Part shown: piece after piece, positions 1 through 13,951 of the stretch
How positions within the stretch are numbered: the first letter of the stretch is position 1
Layout of the letters: each line of letters starts with the position of its first letter
Source: Eledone cirrhosa
Lineage: Eukaryota
Length of the DNA: 64,000 nucleotides
Direction: 5' to 3'
Assembly (NCBI GenBank): GCA_964016885.1
Contig: OZ024742.1
Location: 77,004,001 to 77,068,000, forward strand
Notes under the pieces: model-generated
The model's database searches: none
What the model saw: only the letters and a program-made list of their open reading frames with translations
What the model was told of the DNA's origin: nothing
Translations under genes and position numbers: made by a program

Positions 1-178
1 CCAAAGCAAATTATGGTGCGCTTTCATCAGATAAAATATGATATCGATCATGTCGGTTGGAAGGTCCGGGAGCTTCCAACCGACATGATCGCATTCTTTA
101 AGGGTATGTCAATATTTGTTTATAAAACTGATCTATATCATATTTTATCTGATGAAAGCGCACCATAATTTGCGTTGG
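1..178. repeat. Nested fold-back: arms about 1-44/135-178 and inner hairpin about 47-63/73-90
   Basis: gcaaattatggtgcgctttcatcagataaaatatgatat is the reverse complement of atatcatattttatctgatgaaagcgcaccataatttgc. The inner gatcatgtcggttggaag pairs with cttccaaccgacatgatc. Confidence 0.9.
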
Positions 179-205
179 TGTCCTTGAAATAGGTATAATG
201 AAATA
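141..205 (+). ncRNA. Minimal type I hammerhead ribozyme
   Basis: tattttat-CTGATGA-aag..cacca/tggtg..ctt-GAAA-taggta-TA-atgaaata. Stem I tattttat/atgaaata has one G-U pair; cleavage would be at AUA. Confidence 0.7.
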
Positions 206-248
206 AATATGGTTTTATAAATATAGTTTCCACTTGTTAATATATTGT

Positions 249-419
<171 letters not shown>

Positions 420-459
420 GAATTCACAAGAATCAAAGCTATGTTCAAAACATTTATTC

Positions 460-504
460 ACTTACAATGGTTTCATCCAAACCTAGGCTTGGAGTCTTCG
501 GACC
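460..504 (-). ncRNA. Hammerhead motif, inverted copy of 1099-1143
   Basis: Minus strand reads CCGAAGA-ctcca..tggat-GAAA-ccattg-TA-agt. Confidence 0.55.
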
Positions 505-1098
505 ATTTTTTAATGCTTGTACATATAATTGACCTCCTATCCAACGCAAGAGACATACAGATATATATATATATATTGATGTACAGTGGAGCGACATATA
601 TCTACTACATTTGTATAGTAATTCAAATTTAAAATAAAAATTAAAATAAGGCTTCTTCTCGATGCGAAAATGGTGGTGGATGTGAAAACTATAACTTTCT
701 TTTTCTTTTTCTGCACACATACTAATTTGATCTATACAAACAATATCGTCCCACTACAACCACCATAATACTCTTGCTTACACGCTTAAAGTGCTTGTAT
801 TACATGTAATACCTTGCCACACAATACTCTTATATAAATGAGACACACGTGCATGCTCTATATATGACTAACGCATACACTATCTACTAGAACTGATTAT
901 TGGACTATTCTCTTGCATTATCTGTGTTATCTACCGCATATATTTTGATTTTGATTTTGATTTCAAATTTGAATTACTATACAAATGTAGTATAGTATAA
1001 TATATGACGCTCCACTGTACATCAATATATATGTATATGTATCTGTATGTCTCTTGCGTTGGATAGGAGGTCAATTATCTGTACAACCATTAAACAAT

Positions 1099-1143
1099 AC
1101 TCCGAAGACACCAAGCCTAGGTTTGGATGAAACAATTGTAAGT
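1099..1143 (+). ncRNA. Minimal hammerhead (U4C core) in PLE 5' pLTR
   Basis: act-CCGAAGA-cacca-agcctaggtt-tggat-GAAA-caattg-TA-agt, with a palindromic CAATTG stem III and a GUA site. Confidence 0.7.
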
Positions 1144-1367
1144 GAATAAATGTTTTGAACATAGCTTTGATTCTTGTGAATTCTATATAACTGCTCTGTA
1201 GAACAACTGATATTCTTACATTGAGCTATTTATCTTACTGGTAATAATGTAGTAACAAATTACTGACCTTCCCTGTTTATAGTTTAAAATATACATAACT
1301 CTAAATAATATCCTTAATATTATTAACTGCTCCATACTCTTCAGCTGACATACTTTAAATTACCAGT

Positions 1368-3825
1368 ATGCTGATCAAAGACCAACTTCCTATGTCAACT
1401 AAGAACATACCAATACCATCCAAAGATGCATACGAAACATTATTGATCAATAGTGTCAACTCCTTTATCAATAGAGTGAGATGGAGGACATTCCATTATG
1501 ATAAAAACAGATCTAACAAAATTGATGATACTAACAAATTCGACTCCTTCGGCTTTAACACTTTTAGAAGCCCCCCTCACAACACACTATTAAACTCCTT
1601 TGAAAATGACCTAATAAAACTAGTTAAGAACATTAAATTCAATAAGCATCGTAATAGAAACAACACCTTCTTAAACAAACATAACTCCTCTATTAATGGA
1701 TTCAAAACAAGTAGTAAAATGATTGTGCATGCAGATAAAGCTAATAACATATACAGCCTAGATTATGATACATATAGAACATTTATATATAAAGAACTAC
1801 ACAGGAGCTATAAGAAAACTACTATTAAAAACCTAGAAGATATTAATTTGGAAGGCCGTAATATAGTGTCCAAATTGGGACTTCAGAGACATACACAAGC
1901 ATACACCCCTAACCCCCCTAGATTCTCTCTGAAGGACCATACGGAAGATTTCATTAGTAACCCTTCGATAAGATTAATCTGCCCTTCCACGTATGACATT
2001 GGCATTATCAGTAAGAATATTTTAGATAAAAATCATCCCACAGATTAAACACAAAATATACCTTAAACAGTGGGGAAATACGGGGGAAGTTATTGAATGG
2101 TTTAAGGATATTAAAGTGAACAAAAATAAAAAAAATATTCAGTTTGATATCAATTCATACTACACCTCTATTTCCCCTATCCTATTAATTAAGGCACTAA
2201 TTATGTCCATGAACAATAGTGACCTGACTAAATCCCAGATTAATGTCATACTTGCGGCCCGTAAAACCATAATCACATTTGAAGATCTGTTATGGACCTA
2301 CAAGGATACGCATAACAACTTTGACATAACTATGGGATCTAGTGATTCGGCGCAGGTCACTTATTTGGTGGGACTATACCTAATAAATGAAATCCATAAG
2401 GACCTACCATACCTCAACGGTGGTTTGTACCGCGATGATGCCCTACTCCTTCTAGACTATAAACAAATTAATATAGAAAGAACTAGGAAACTATTACATA
2501 AAACATTCAAAAACTATAACCTAAGTATCACCCTAGACAAACACACTAAAAACGTTAACTTCCTTGATGCTACCCTTTACCTAGGCTCTAAAATATATAC
2601 ACCATTTCATAAACCTAATGAAAAACTAATTTATGTAGATACCAAGTCTAACCACCCTAGATCAATATTAAACTCTATCACTAAAGGAATATCCAATAGA
2701 ATCTCTAATCTATCTTATGACGAAACCATATTTAGCAAACATTCACAATACTATAATCAGGCATTAGCTAGATCAGGCCATAATAATGAGATTGATGTCC
2801 TATCTATAAAAACGCAGTTACAACATTATTTCTCACAATATGTCCATGAGGAAAAATAGTAATAAGAGTAATAACCACACACACACTAATACAAAAGTAG
2901 CAACACGCGTAACTCGCACCAGAGAAGACACCAAAATACTATAAACGGAAGCACCTCAACAGATATAAAAAAACAAAAATAGAAGAACTAATACATTTTT
3001 CAACATCCCTTTCAATCTAAACGTCTCTACCAACCTACCTAAGGCTTTATTCTCAATCCTGGATAAAAAAACTTCCCATCTGGCCACAAGTACCATAGTC
3101 TTATAAATAAAAACACCATTAAAATCTCCTACTCTACCATGCCTAACATAGCATACCACATAGCTAGTAGCAATAAAAGAAAGATTAATACTTACTTTCA
3201 ACAAACTAAAACACAGGAGGGGGTAAACTTTCAAAACAACATAATAACTACAAACCCTGATATTAATAGTAATAATAGTAATAACACTAACGAAATCAAT
3301 AGCATTAGGAGCGACAACCTTCATAGCCATAATGCAATACCTAGCAACCATACTTCTACACAACATAATAACCGACAGGTTAACATCCAAAATAAATGTA
3401 ACTGTAGATCTAATAGAACCTGCCCTTTAGGTAAAATCTGCTTAATCAAGGACATCTTTTACTCATGCACGGTCAGAACTAGCAACTCTTCTGAAACCTA
3501 TATAGGCTCTACTTCGAACTGCTTCAAAACGAGATACAACTCACATCTCAATTCTTTCAAAAAACACAGTCTAGCCGACTCCACTTCACTATCTAGCTAC
3601 ATACACTATCTGAAAACTAGGAATATATCATATACACTTCAATGGGAAGTGATAGGTAGGGTGGCATCGTACAAACCACCTAATACATTCTGTAACCTCT
3701 GTCTACTAGTGACCCATACTATAATCTTTTCGAACCTTAACCTCCTTAATAAAAAATCGGAAGTGTTTGCGTCGTGCCAGCACCGCTCCCGACACTCCTT
3801 TCAAACCTTTAAACCTAATATATAG
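1368..3825 (+). pseudogene. Frameshifted PLE RT-GIY-YIG ORF (pieces 1368-2048, about 2040-2859, about 2990-3825)
   Basis: The ORF-track pieces are collinear PLE domains separated by frameshifts. Confidence 0.88.
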
Positions 3826-5064
3826 CAATGTCAGAATTGAACTCATCACCACTTTTAACACTACAACTCAAGGGCTTGCCTTCCACCACGACACCACACT
3901 CTCTGATCCACCCTTTCCTCGACACAAATCATTCTATCTATCTATAACTTTATACCCTAGAAATATCCCCATAAACACCAACTTTTAATATAATTACTTG
4001 TGATTACTTTTAATTATATAGGGATTGAAATACAATACCGTTTATAAAAACTTTAAATACTGTATACAACAATGAATTATATATGCATTTGTAATTAAAT
4101 GTATAAAGTAATAACATTGGATATATATAGGATTAATTTATTAACATAAGGGATTTGACTAACTTATATGTAGTGTGGTGCACATGAATTATATATGAAT
4201 TATATATGCATTTATAACTTAATGGATAGATTAATGACATTGTATATGGGGGATGAATTTGTTTACCCAAGAGATTATCTAATTTTATCATGCAAAGAGC
4301 CGTACGCTGCTCCATAGCTTACCAGAGGTTATGTAGACAGAAATCTAATTGGATCTTTGATATGTTTTGAGGTAGACTGTATTTAAAGCCAATTTGATAT
4401 AAAGATATAGCACTTTGCGTGGGAAATTCAATTATAGTGCTATATAATAAGGAGTAATCAACTTCCTATAGATACATTTAATACATTATGATAGTGTAGA
4501 CTGAATTTAAAATTAAATATAAATATATAAGCTTTTATATAAGGGACTCAATTGAGGCATCATATAATGTATGTTAGAACAATGAATTTAGTTATGAGAA
4601 TCAGCTAGTTACGCATTAACTCCCCTTAATTGCATACGTACTTCCGGATAATAAACCGCTGTAAATTCTCGCAGCAGAAAGAACCTATTCTATAAATATG
4701 GATTAAATAACACTGAGCCTCAATACGTTACAATCCTTTACTACATCAAACATTCAATACGAATACATCGTAACATATGTGATGGATGTGAAAACTATAA
4801 CTTCCTTTTTCTGGATGTTAAAATGGTGGTGGGTGTGAAAACTATAACTTTCTTTTTCTTTTTCTGCACCCATACTAATTTGATCTATACAAAAAATACC
4901 CTCTTGCTTACCCGCTTAAAGTGCTTGCATTACATCTAATACCTTGCCACACAATACTCTTATATAAATGAGACACATTTGCATGCTCCATGTGTAACTA
5001 ACGCATACACTATCTACTAGAACTGATTATTGGACAATTCTCTTGCATTATCTGTGTTATCTGC

Positions 5065-5234
5065 GGATTGGTAGAGGGTCGGACACCATGCTTTCTAGCA
5101 TAGAGTTACGTCCCTTACGGACTGAGTTCAAATCCCTCCAAGGTTAACTTTGCCTTTCATCCTTACGGGGTCGATAAAATAAAGTACCAGTAATGTACTG
5201 GGTAATTGCTGGCCTTGTGACAAAAGTAGAAACA
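5065..5234 (+). mobile_element. tRNA-derived SINE with 18-bp TSD
   Basis: A-box-like tggtagagggtcgg, B box gagttcaaatcc and core gcctttcatccttacggggtcgataaaataaagtaccag. TSD attatctgtgttatctgc at 5047-5064 and 5235-5252. Confidence 0.9.
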
Positions 5235-5804
5235 ATTATCTGTGTTATCTGCCGCATATATTTTTATTTTTATTTTAAATTTGAATAACTGCTCTGTAGA
5301 ACAATTGATGTTCTTATATTGAGCTATTTATCTTACTGGTAATAAGGTAGTAATAAATTACTGACCTTCCCTGTTTATAGTTTAAAATATACATAACTAT
5401 AAATAATATCCTTAATATTATATATATACATATATATCTATGCGAACGAGAATCAACCTAAAAATAGATTTCATATAGGAACTGTTCTTAACGTTATAAA
5501 CGTAAAACAACGAATCAGAATGTTCAAGGGGAAATGAAACTTTGCATATGACACCACAAGGAATAATAACAAGGAATTCACATATTAGGAAATCAAGAAA
5601 CCAGAAAACTATAGAAAATGCTATGGAGTATATTGCATGCATGATAGTGTAACTTGTAATAAGTCGTAGTAGCGCCGAATGGGCATTTTTTTCTGTTTAA
5701 ACCTGTCTGAACCCATCTCTTCTCCAGATGTGGATTGAGCAGATTTCTTTCTAAGAAGGACAGAATGTGAGGGAATGGAAGGGAGAAAAAATGTAGTAGA
5801 AGAA

Positions 5805-5895
5805 TAAGAATCAACCCCAGTATTTGACTGTACTTATTCTTATGACCTCGAATTGATGAAACACAAACTTGACTTCGGCCGGATTTGAATTCAGA
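5805..5895 (-). mobile_element. Degenerate SINE fragment
   Basis: gacttcggccggatttgaattcaga resembles the reverse-complemented SINE B-box region. Confidence 0.5.
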
Positions 5896-6137
5896 GAACG
5901 GAACAACGCCATCAATAAATTCCAAGGGATGTGGCAACACATTTCAATAGCTAAGTAAACTTGAGCAACCGGATATAACATTTTCTGATCAAGGACACAA
6001 CTCATCTCGCCGCCCGAGAATCGAAGGAACCTCCGGCGAATTATAAGCACGATGCTCTAATTCTTAAGCCATATATATTATGCATACATACTCATGCAAC
6101 TCGTGCGTACCGATAGTACTTAAAGGAATGTTTTTCC

Positions 6138-6280
6138 AATGTACTGGTACTTTATTTTATCGACCGCGTAAGGACGAAAGGCAAAGTTAACCTGCGCGGG
6201 ATTTGAACTCAGACCGTAAATAGACGTAACTATGCTGCACAGTATGGCGTCCGACTCTCTACCGATACTGCCAATCCACC
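6138..6280 (-). mobile_element. tRNA-derived SINE
   Basis: Reverse complement of the SINE at 5065 (ggatttgaactcag; ctaccgatactgccaatcc). Confidence 0.88.
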
Positions 6281-6615
6281 GTATTAATAATGTGTCCGTA
6301 AGATGCATGAGTATATTGCTTATTTAATCAATTTCTATGTGGCATAACAAAAGAATGAAAGATTCTCTTGCATGCCATATGCATTATTATTTACAACACA
6401 TTTGATATTAAAAGATTTATTATATATTGTTTGAATGAAATTCAGCGGTTTATTATTTCCTTTAACACACCCACATCGCACACACCACACACATACACAC
6501 ACCTTTGCATATATGTATAGTTATATATATGTAAACATATATACAAGTACATACACACACACACGCACGCCCGCACACACACATACACACACACATATAT
6601 ATATATATGTGTATA

Positions 6616-6647
<32 letters not shown>

Positions 6648-6687
6648 CATCCATACATCCATATATATGTTTATATACATACGTACA

Positions 6688-6797
<110 letters not shown>

Positions 6798-9567
6798 CCC
6801 ATTTTCTGTATGCGTTTACGTGTTTGTTCATGACTGTATGTACGTAGTTGTCTCTGAATTTGTACCGATCGATCGTGTGATTTTGAGGAAAATAATTCTC
6901 AATAAATGCTTTAAAGAAGCCAGAAGACGAAATTAATCACAACTATCGTTGCAGAACTTGTTATTTGATAAATCCTATGTCAAGAATTATAGGTCATCAA
7001 TCAGATTCATCAACTATTTATCGCTGTTACTTCATATCCGTTTTTTTTTATTTATATTAGTTTTACCTTTCTTTACCTCTAACCTTCCTCTGGGTCCAAC
7101 GACATTTTCCTGATTTTATATTCAGTGTCTGTGAAATTGCTGAACACAAATAATATTAATTTAATCTTACATATTTATTTATTTGTTTAATAAGTTTTCT
7201 ATTTTTCATGTTTGCTTTATGATATTTATCTTTTTTCGCGCTTCAATGACACGTATAAAATGTTTTCATTGATTAATTAATGTGCAAGAACTTTTTTTAG
7301 CAATTCGCCTAACATTTCCTGCTCTTTTGCCATTTCATATATTTCAAATACAAACAAAAACAACAAAAAAGTTTCATAAAAACAAGATCAAGTAAAAATA
7401 AAGTATTATCACTGCATGGGATATCATTTATTATATTTTCATATAAATGATTATATGCAAATATCGCTGAAGCATAATTAATTTATGACTTCTGATTTAA
7501 TATTGCTCTGTAGTGTATCACTCAAAAATGATTCCCTCTCCTTTGGGTAATATTTTCTCTTGTTTCCTCATTTGTTACAAAAAGCGGAAATGTTCGCATT
7601 TGTTTCACAAATTGCATTCCTCATTACTTTATCCTATCCGATGTTTATGTGTGTTTATTATCACTTTCTCTCCAATTATTTATTTATTACTGAATAACTT
7701 ATTTTCTTTTCAAATGCTTTCCTGTTGATCATAAATTACGTTCATTTTTCATAGTACAAGTTTGGAGAAAAAGATTGTGAAAGCCATAAAAAATGTTTCA
7801 TCGTTTTGTTTCTTTTCAATCGTGGATAAAATAGTTCGAATTATGTTCGTAAAATTTATACCAGAAAATATTTACCTAGTCTAATGTAGAAATACATTGA
7901 TTACGGTTTCAAATAAAAACAACACTGTTTCAACATAGCAAGAATAGTTTACGAATAGAGTTGAATATAATCTTCGAAAAACAACACGGCATTTATCTAT
8001 TGTACTGGAAAATAATAGTCGAATTCCAATGAGCATATACTGACATTATCTCAACGTAAATATTTAGTGTAAGCTTTTCAGATCTAATGCAAACACCCCC
8101 AAGAGGGTGTGAGAAATCTTCCTCATTACGCATTAGTTTTAGGTAAATTATGATAGTTGTTAAAGTATGTGTCAGGGAATAGGTTACAGGAGTTACATTT
8201 GTAAAAGGCAAGGTTATGAACCTAAGGATATGCGATTGCTCTATTACATGCATATCATATGAATTATTTTATTTTTTGGTGTGTTATATGAAATAACTGC
8301 CAATATAATCACGCGTTCATTCTTTGACTGTTCAGTATTAGAAGTGTATGTTACTAATTAAAGAAGATATTTAAACGAAATTCTCTATACGAAAAACAAT
8401 TTATACATAATTAGAACTTTTTATAGAGAACAGTATTTGTTCACGTTTTTAGCCATTAGTCAGTATGAGAAAGATATCATGGTGAGAGAAGTAGATGATC
8501 GATATTTTGCTGATAGTATATTGCTATTAGTCATTTTCTCACAAGAAATATTGGAGAGTTTTATCAATGTGTCAAATTATATATTAGAAATTAATCAAGT
8601 ATAAACAAGAATAACATGTGCCACTTTCTTTTGAGAGAATCTTTTAGAGTACTGTAATAGTTTATTGAATTCATAGGACAAAATCGGCAATCAATTTATG
8701 GCAGGGTGGAGCAAGAAAAACTTACCTAGACTGATTAAAATACACAGTAATAGATAGAACCGTTGTGCATTTAATTTAGCATGACGTATACAGGCACTCT
8801 CATATTAATGTCACCTTACTAATTGCAGCGGACCTTTCATTGATTTCAAGAACTCTTTTTTAGATGTTTGTGGAATGCATGATATAACATGAAAATATAA
8901 GTATAAGAAACGCTTGGCTTAAGTTGTGTATATATATATATGAAGGAGCTTATAGAACTCGGGTTGATGTAATCAACTTTCACCTTCTTTTCAAATTACT
9001 GGTTACGTGTGCCAAGTGTAGACAAAATTATTTACTGACGTTAACAATAAAGCAAATCCACCTCTCTCTCCTCAACCATTCCCTATGTTGCTGCTGCTGC
9101 TTTGCTAACACTTGTCTTATCTCTGATACTAATACGGCATCTCTGATCACGCTGTCCTACGCTTTCGTTTTAATGGTTAATGTGCAAACACACATCTACA
9201 GTATTGTACTTATCGAGCGTTCCTCTGGATATTTTTTGTTGTACATACTCAATACACATCGTTTTGTGCTCTCTTAATTCTGTTTAGTTCTGATTTCGTT
9301 CAAATTGAATGGACATAATATTCCGTGGGTCTCAGTATTGCAAGTATCCTGAATAGATTCAACAACATTGAGTCCTCCCTTGTGGGGTGATCACGCCGCA
9401 TGATAATGTTTAACGGTGAACACTAAATTTTGGTTCGTTTTTGTTAAGTGTTTTTACTAATTGTCTGCGCTGTGATTCCATCCATAACTTTACATATATA
9501 CACAGACAGACAAACACAAAGTCACACACCACATACACATCTATGTAAAGATCATTTTCTCTCACTC

Positions 9568-9656
<89 letters not shown>

Positions 9657-9720
9657 CTCTCCCAATATTTATATGCATACATACACACATATATAAGCAT
9701 ATATATATATATATATAGAG

Positions 9721-10077
9721 ATGGAAAAGAATGAAACGAAATTTCATTTCTGACTCTTAGTAAGGCTGATACCTAAATATAAGTATGTATACGTACATAC
9801 ATATATGTATACAGACGTACAGTAGTATATATATATACATACATGCACACACATATATATATGTACGTATGGGTTTACCGAACATTTATTATAATTTTCG
9901 GTTTGTTTGTAAACAAACAGCCCAAATTACGCCGTACAGTGCTCGGCAACCATCGTCGCCCTTTTGTTCAATACTGACACAAAAACGAAGTACTAGTTTC
10001 AATCGTATTAGCTATCGTCAGCATGTATACATGTATATATATATACATACTACTGTACGTCTGTACACATATATGTG
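9721..10077 (-). mobile_element. Non-coding HHR repeat (about 430-bp family), truncated at the HHR, with a short inverted piece at 10040-10077
   Basis: Homologous to 33257-33680, 39292-40010 and 52626-53223. HHR at 9986-10025 (-): atg-CTGACGA..GAAA-ctag-TA-cttcg. Confidence 0.8.
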
Positions 10078-10099
10078 AAAAACCAACGAAGAACCATGT

Positions 10100-12552
10100 G
10101 AGATTGATTCATACAAAATGAAGATTCGAACAATTCCAAAATGGAACAAATCCCTCAGAGACAGAAAGTTCTCATTCTGGAAGATGATACAAAATCACAA
10201 CAAAGCGGAGATATATGAAAAATGGCTTAACTCAACCCCTCTAACTCTCCCCCGTAAAATAAAAATAAAGTCCATTCCAAATGAACCCGAACTTCAAAGA
10301 CACCTTAGGGAAAGAATGGCATTGGAAGAAATGAAGACAGAAATTGAACTTCTTAAACTGAGGGCCCAGACAAATGAGGAAAAAATCAAAACGATCGGTG
10401 AAGAGATCCTCCTGGAAATCAACAATAAAACTGAAGGCCCCAAGGTAGAGAAGATCTCCAAATTATGGAAAGAGGACTGCAACAGAGAAGAACTGAAACT
10501 CCTTTCAAAGCTGGGAAAAAAGTGCCGCTTGGTTCCTACACTATGAATCGACTTTTCAAACGGATTACACCTCCAATAACCCGTTCATAAAAATAGGAAA
10601 ACCGATAACTGAACCGCACAACAACTTCGCAAACCCCCAAGCCACTAACAAACGAAGAAGGAAGCACCACACCGAACATGAACTTCCATAAGAAGGAACA
10701 AAAACCTTAGAAACGATCTCCCCCAGAATGACATTTACAACTTTCCCCCTTCAAGGAGACACCATACCAAATAACTCAACTACTACGCGGATGCCTCATC
10801 GTCCAACATAGGGAAAAGATACCACCACCATGATAGATGTAACAACTTCCCCGCTTCAAGGGGACAACAAGGTAATTTCCATTTTCTCAACTCTCGCTTC
10901 CACAATACACTTCAAACCCACACCACACGATGCAACCAACAACGTAGGCCACCTATAACACCACAATCCAACATGGCACATAGAAACACACACCCATATA
11001 CGCAGTACAAGAACACCCCATTCAATCTACAACCACCAACCCGAACCACATTTTACAACAAGGAATATAACAAACACAAGAGACCACTTAACATCAGCAG
11101 ACAACCCCTCTACCCCATCCATATTTTAGACACAGCACACAGATACAGGCAAACAAAATAACACAAGACAGGGAGGACAAACCGATAGTAATAAAAAGTA
11201 TCAATCTTACTAGTGCAGAACCAACACCCAACCTTATCAACTTACTCTCCAAAGGTCTTAAATTCACACCGACCCCACTACGTCCTAACTACTATGAAAT
11301 GAAGAAAGACATCACAGACTTCTGTAGAAAGTTACGACTCAGTGAACAACTATTCGACCAGCACAATGAGGATGAATCATTAGCCAGAAATAGAAGCAAT
11401 TACACCCCATCAAAAGGTAGTAATAAAATCCTGGACGAATTCTGTGAACACATCACAAATTTCCTTTACCAAGACTTGCACAGACAAAAACACAAGCCAA
11501 ACCTCAACAAGAATGGGAAGAATTAAATAGATTAAAAACCGACAGAACCATTACAATTAAAGAGGCTGATAAAGGGAGTACAGTAGTCCTAATGGAGACA
11601 GAATTCTATATCAACTTAGCGCTCTCCACTTTGGAAAATGAAACATACTACGAAAAGGCTGAACACTACAATCAACAGAAAATTATGAGAAACCTAAAAA
11701 CTCTGATCAACCAATACAAAGAAGGACTCACTAACAAGGAATTCAGCTTCATCACAGACTTCACAAGTAAATCCAGCCTTTTCTACGGTATCCCTAAAGT
11801 ACATAAAAGCGAATTAATAAGTAAGGCATGCAAGGAAGCCACAGACATAGTCATCAATGTCCCCTCACCCAATGATCTCAAATTAAGACCTATAATAGCA
11901 GACCCCGCTTGCGAAACCCACCGCCTTAGCAACTTCATTGATACCCTTCTCAAGCCTTTTCTCAAACACATCAACAGCTATATAAGGGACGACCTAGATA
12001 TGCTCAATCACCTCCCTAATATGCCACTTTCTGAACAAACCCTACTCATGACGTTCGATGTAGTCAACCTATACTCCAACATCCCCCACAACCTAGGAAT
12101 AGAAGCTATCCAATTCTGGCTGGATAATTACACCAATGAACACCCACAACGCATCAAAAAAGAATTCTAGATAGAGGGACTCAAATTTATCTTGGAGAAC
12201 AATTACTTCATTTTCAATAACAAACCCTACAGGCAGAAATCTGGGACCGCTATGGGAACGAAAACAGCCCCCACTTATGCCAACCTAGTCATGGGATACC
12301 TGGAAATCACCCTCTACACTACAGTACTAAACAAATTTGGAAACACTCTCCACTTACACATAGAAAGGAACTGGAAGCGATATATAGATGAATGTTTCAT
12401 CCTTTGGCACGAAAACATCGAGAAACTTAAAGAATTTCACGCCCTTGTAAATGGGCTCAACACGAATATTAACTTGACGATGGAATACAGCCATCAACAA
12501 CTCCCCTTCCTCGACATCCTCATTAAGATCCATAACAAAAAAATAGAAACAG
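10100..12552 (+). mobile_element. Penelope-like retroelement of a second lineage, 3'-truncated pseudogene
   Basis: LLSKGLKFTPTP, EADKGSTVV, FYGIPKVHK, LRPII, FDVVNLYSNIP, GTAMGTKTAPTYANL, WKRYIDE and LPFLDILI. It has an in-frame stop at 12168 and frameshifts; no GIY-YIG is retained. Confidence 0.88.
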
Positions 12553-12927
12553 AGGACACACTCCAGATACATGTGTACAGTTTGTGCACAGGTATAAAAT
12601 TTGTGCACAGGTATACAATTTCTGGACACACTCCAGATACATATTTGTGCACAGGTCTCCAATACGGCAAGACCTAATGGATGCCCCTTGCAGTACGTAC
12701 AATCTGGACACACACACACACACCTTAGTATTATGCTAATACTATATATCATTTCACACCTTTTATTATTAAGGTTTTTGATGTTCTATTGAGAGAATCA
12801 ATTTTACTGAAAATATCGAATAATGTACACCATTTTACCATACTGGTCCACCCACACACACACACATTCTCTCACAAACACACATATATACACACACACA
12901 TGCACACGCGTACATTAACATACAAAG

Positions 12928-12971
<44 letters not shown>

Positions 12972-13079
12972 CTCCGTATAAGACAAGAGCTGAAAAAATA
13001 TCTTTTAACATGTTAAAATATCCCCCACACACTTACAGACACATTCCTATTGACCATCCCTCTACCATGAATTACTCTG

Positions 13080-13192
<113 letters not shown>

Positions 13193-13199
13193 CACATAT

Positions 13200-13500
13200 T
13201 TGTTGTGAAAGACTTATTTCACAGTCAGCCGACACAAACCTACATTTGGCGTAAAATCAATTTTTTACATTCACATGACCTCTACCGACCAATCAAAATT
13301 GTTTTGACCACAAGAATTTTTGCAACACGAATTGGCGCAAAACTTATTTTAATACCGCCGGAGCCACTTTTTTAACATAATAACATGTAGAATTCCCAAA
13401 ACTAATCATATCAGAGCAAACATCACGGACGCTCTATCTCAAAATTATTTTTGAAAAGCATTAGAAATGCGCAACCGGTAAAACTTAAAACCAAAACTGA
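13200..13500 (+). mobile_element. Diverged member of the TTGAAAA/ACCGGT HHR repeat family; HHR-like motif at 13448-13483
   Basis: ttt-TTGAAAA-gcatt-aga-aatgc-GCAA-ccgg-TA-aaa. The upstream ccaatcaaa and gagccactttttt blocks match 38760-39200. Confidence 0.55.
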
Positions 13501-13620
13501 ATACTAACCAATATTATTACTAATTCTCACTTATTCCTAATTAAACTATTTTTCACTGTGAACAATTTGTCAGCATTTTCTATTCCGTTTACCAATACAT
13601 ATATATATATATATATATAT

Positions 13621-13951
13621 CTAATGCGGGTATAATTCCCGAGATCCATGGACGAGTTCTCTCCAGCGGTCTCTGTCCCTCATTATCGCTGCCATGTCCT
13701 GCGTCTCCAACAGACCAGTGTCTGACCTTAGGGCATCAACATACGTCAACCTTGGTCTTCCTCTTCCAGTGTGTCCATGTTAGATGGTGGATGGGTGCTA
13801 CACGAGAATGCTGAGGATGGCTCTGAACATTAATCAGTATACACTGAGGATGAAAATCTCAGAGCTGTATGGGAGCATCCCAAAAGTCAGCTCAAAAGTG
13901 ACACAGAGGAGACTGAGGTTAGCTGGACATGCTCACCGACATGCAGAGTTG
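13621..13951 (-). mobile_element. RTE-type LINE 3' end with 5' inversion
   Basis: 13621-13780 is the reverse complement of 41582-41740. 13782-13951 matches 41379-41549 in the + orientation (MVDGCYTRMLRMALNI). Both flanks are (TA)n. Confidence 0.85.

Noticed and set aside
5065-5234. tRNA gene, based on A/B boxes in this and similar copies
   Set aside because: No cloverleaf. It is a SINE head followed by a conserved core, a tail and a TSD.
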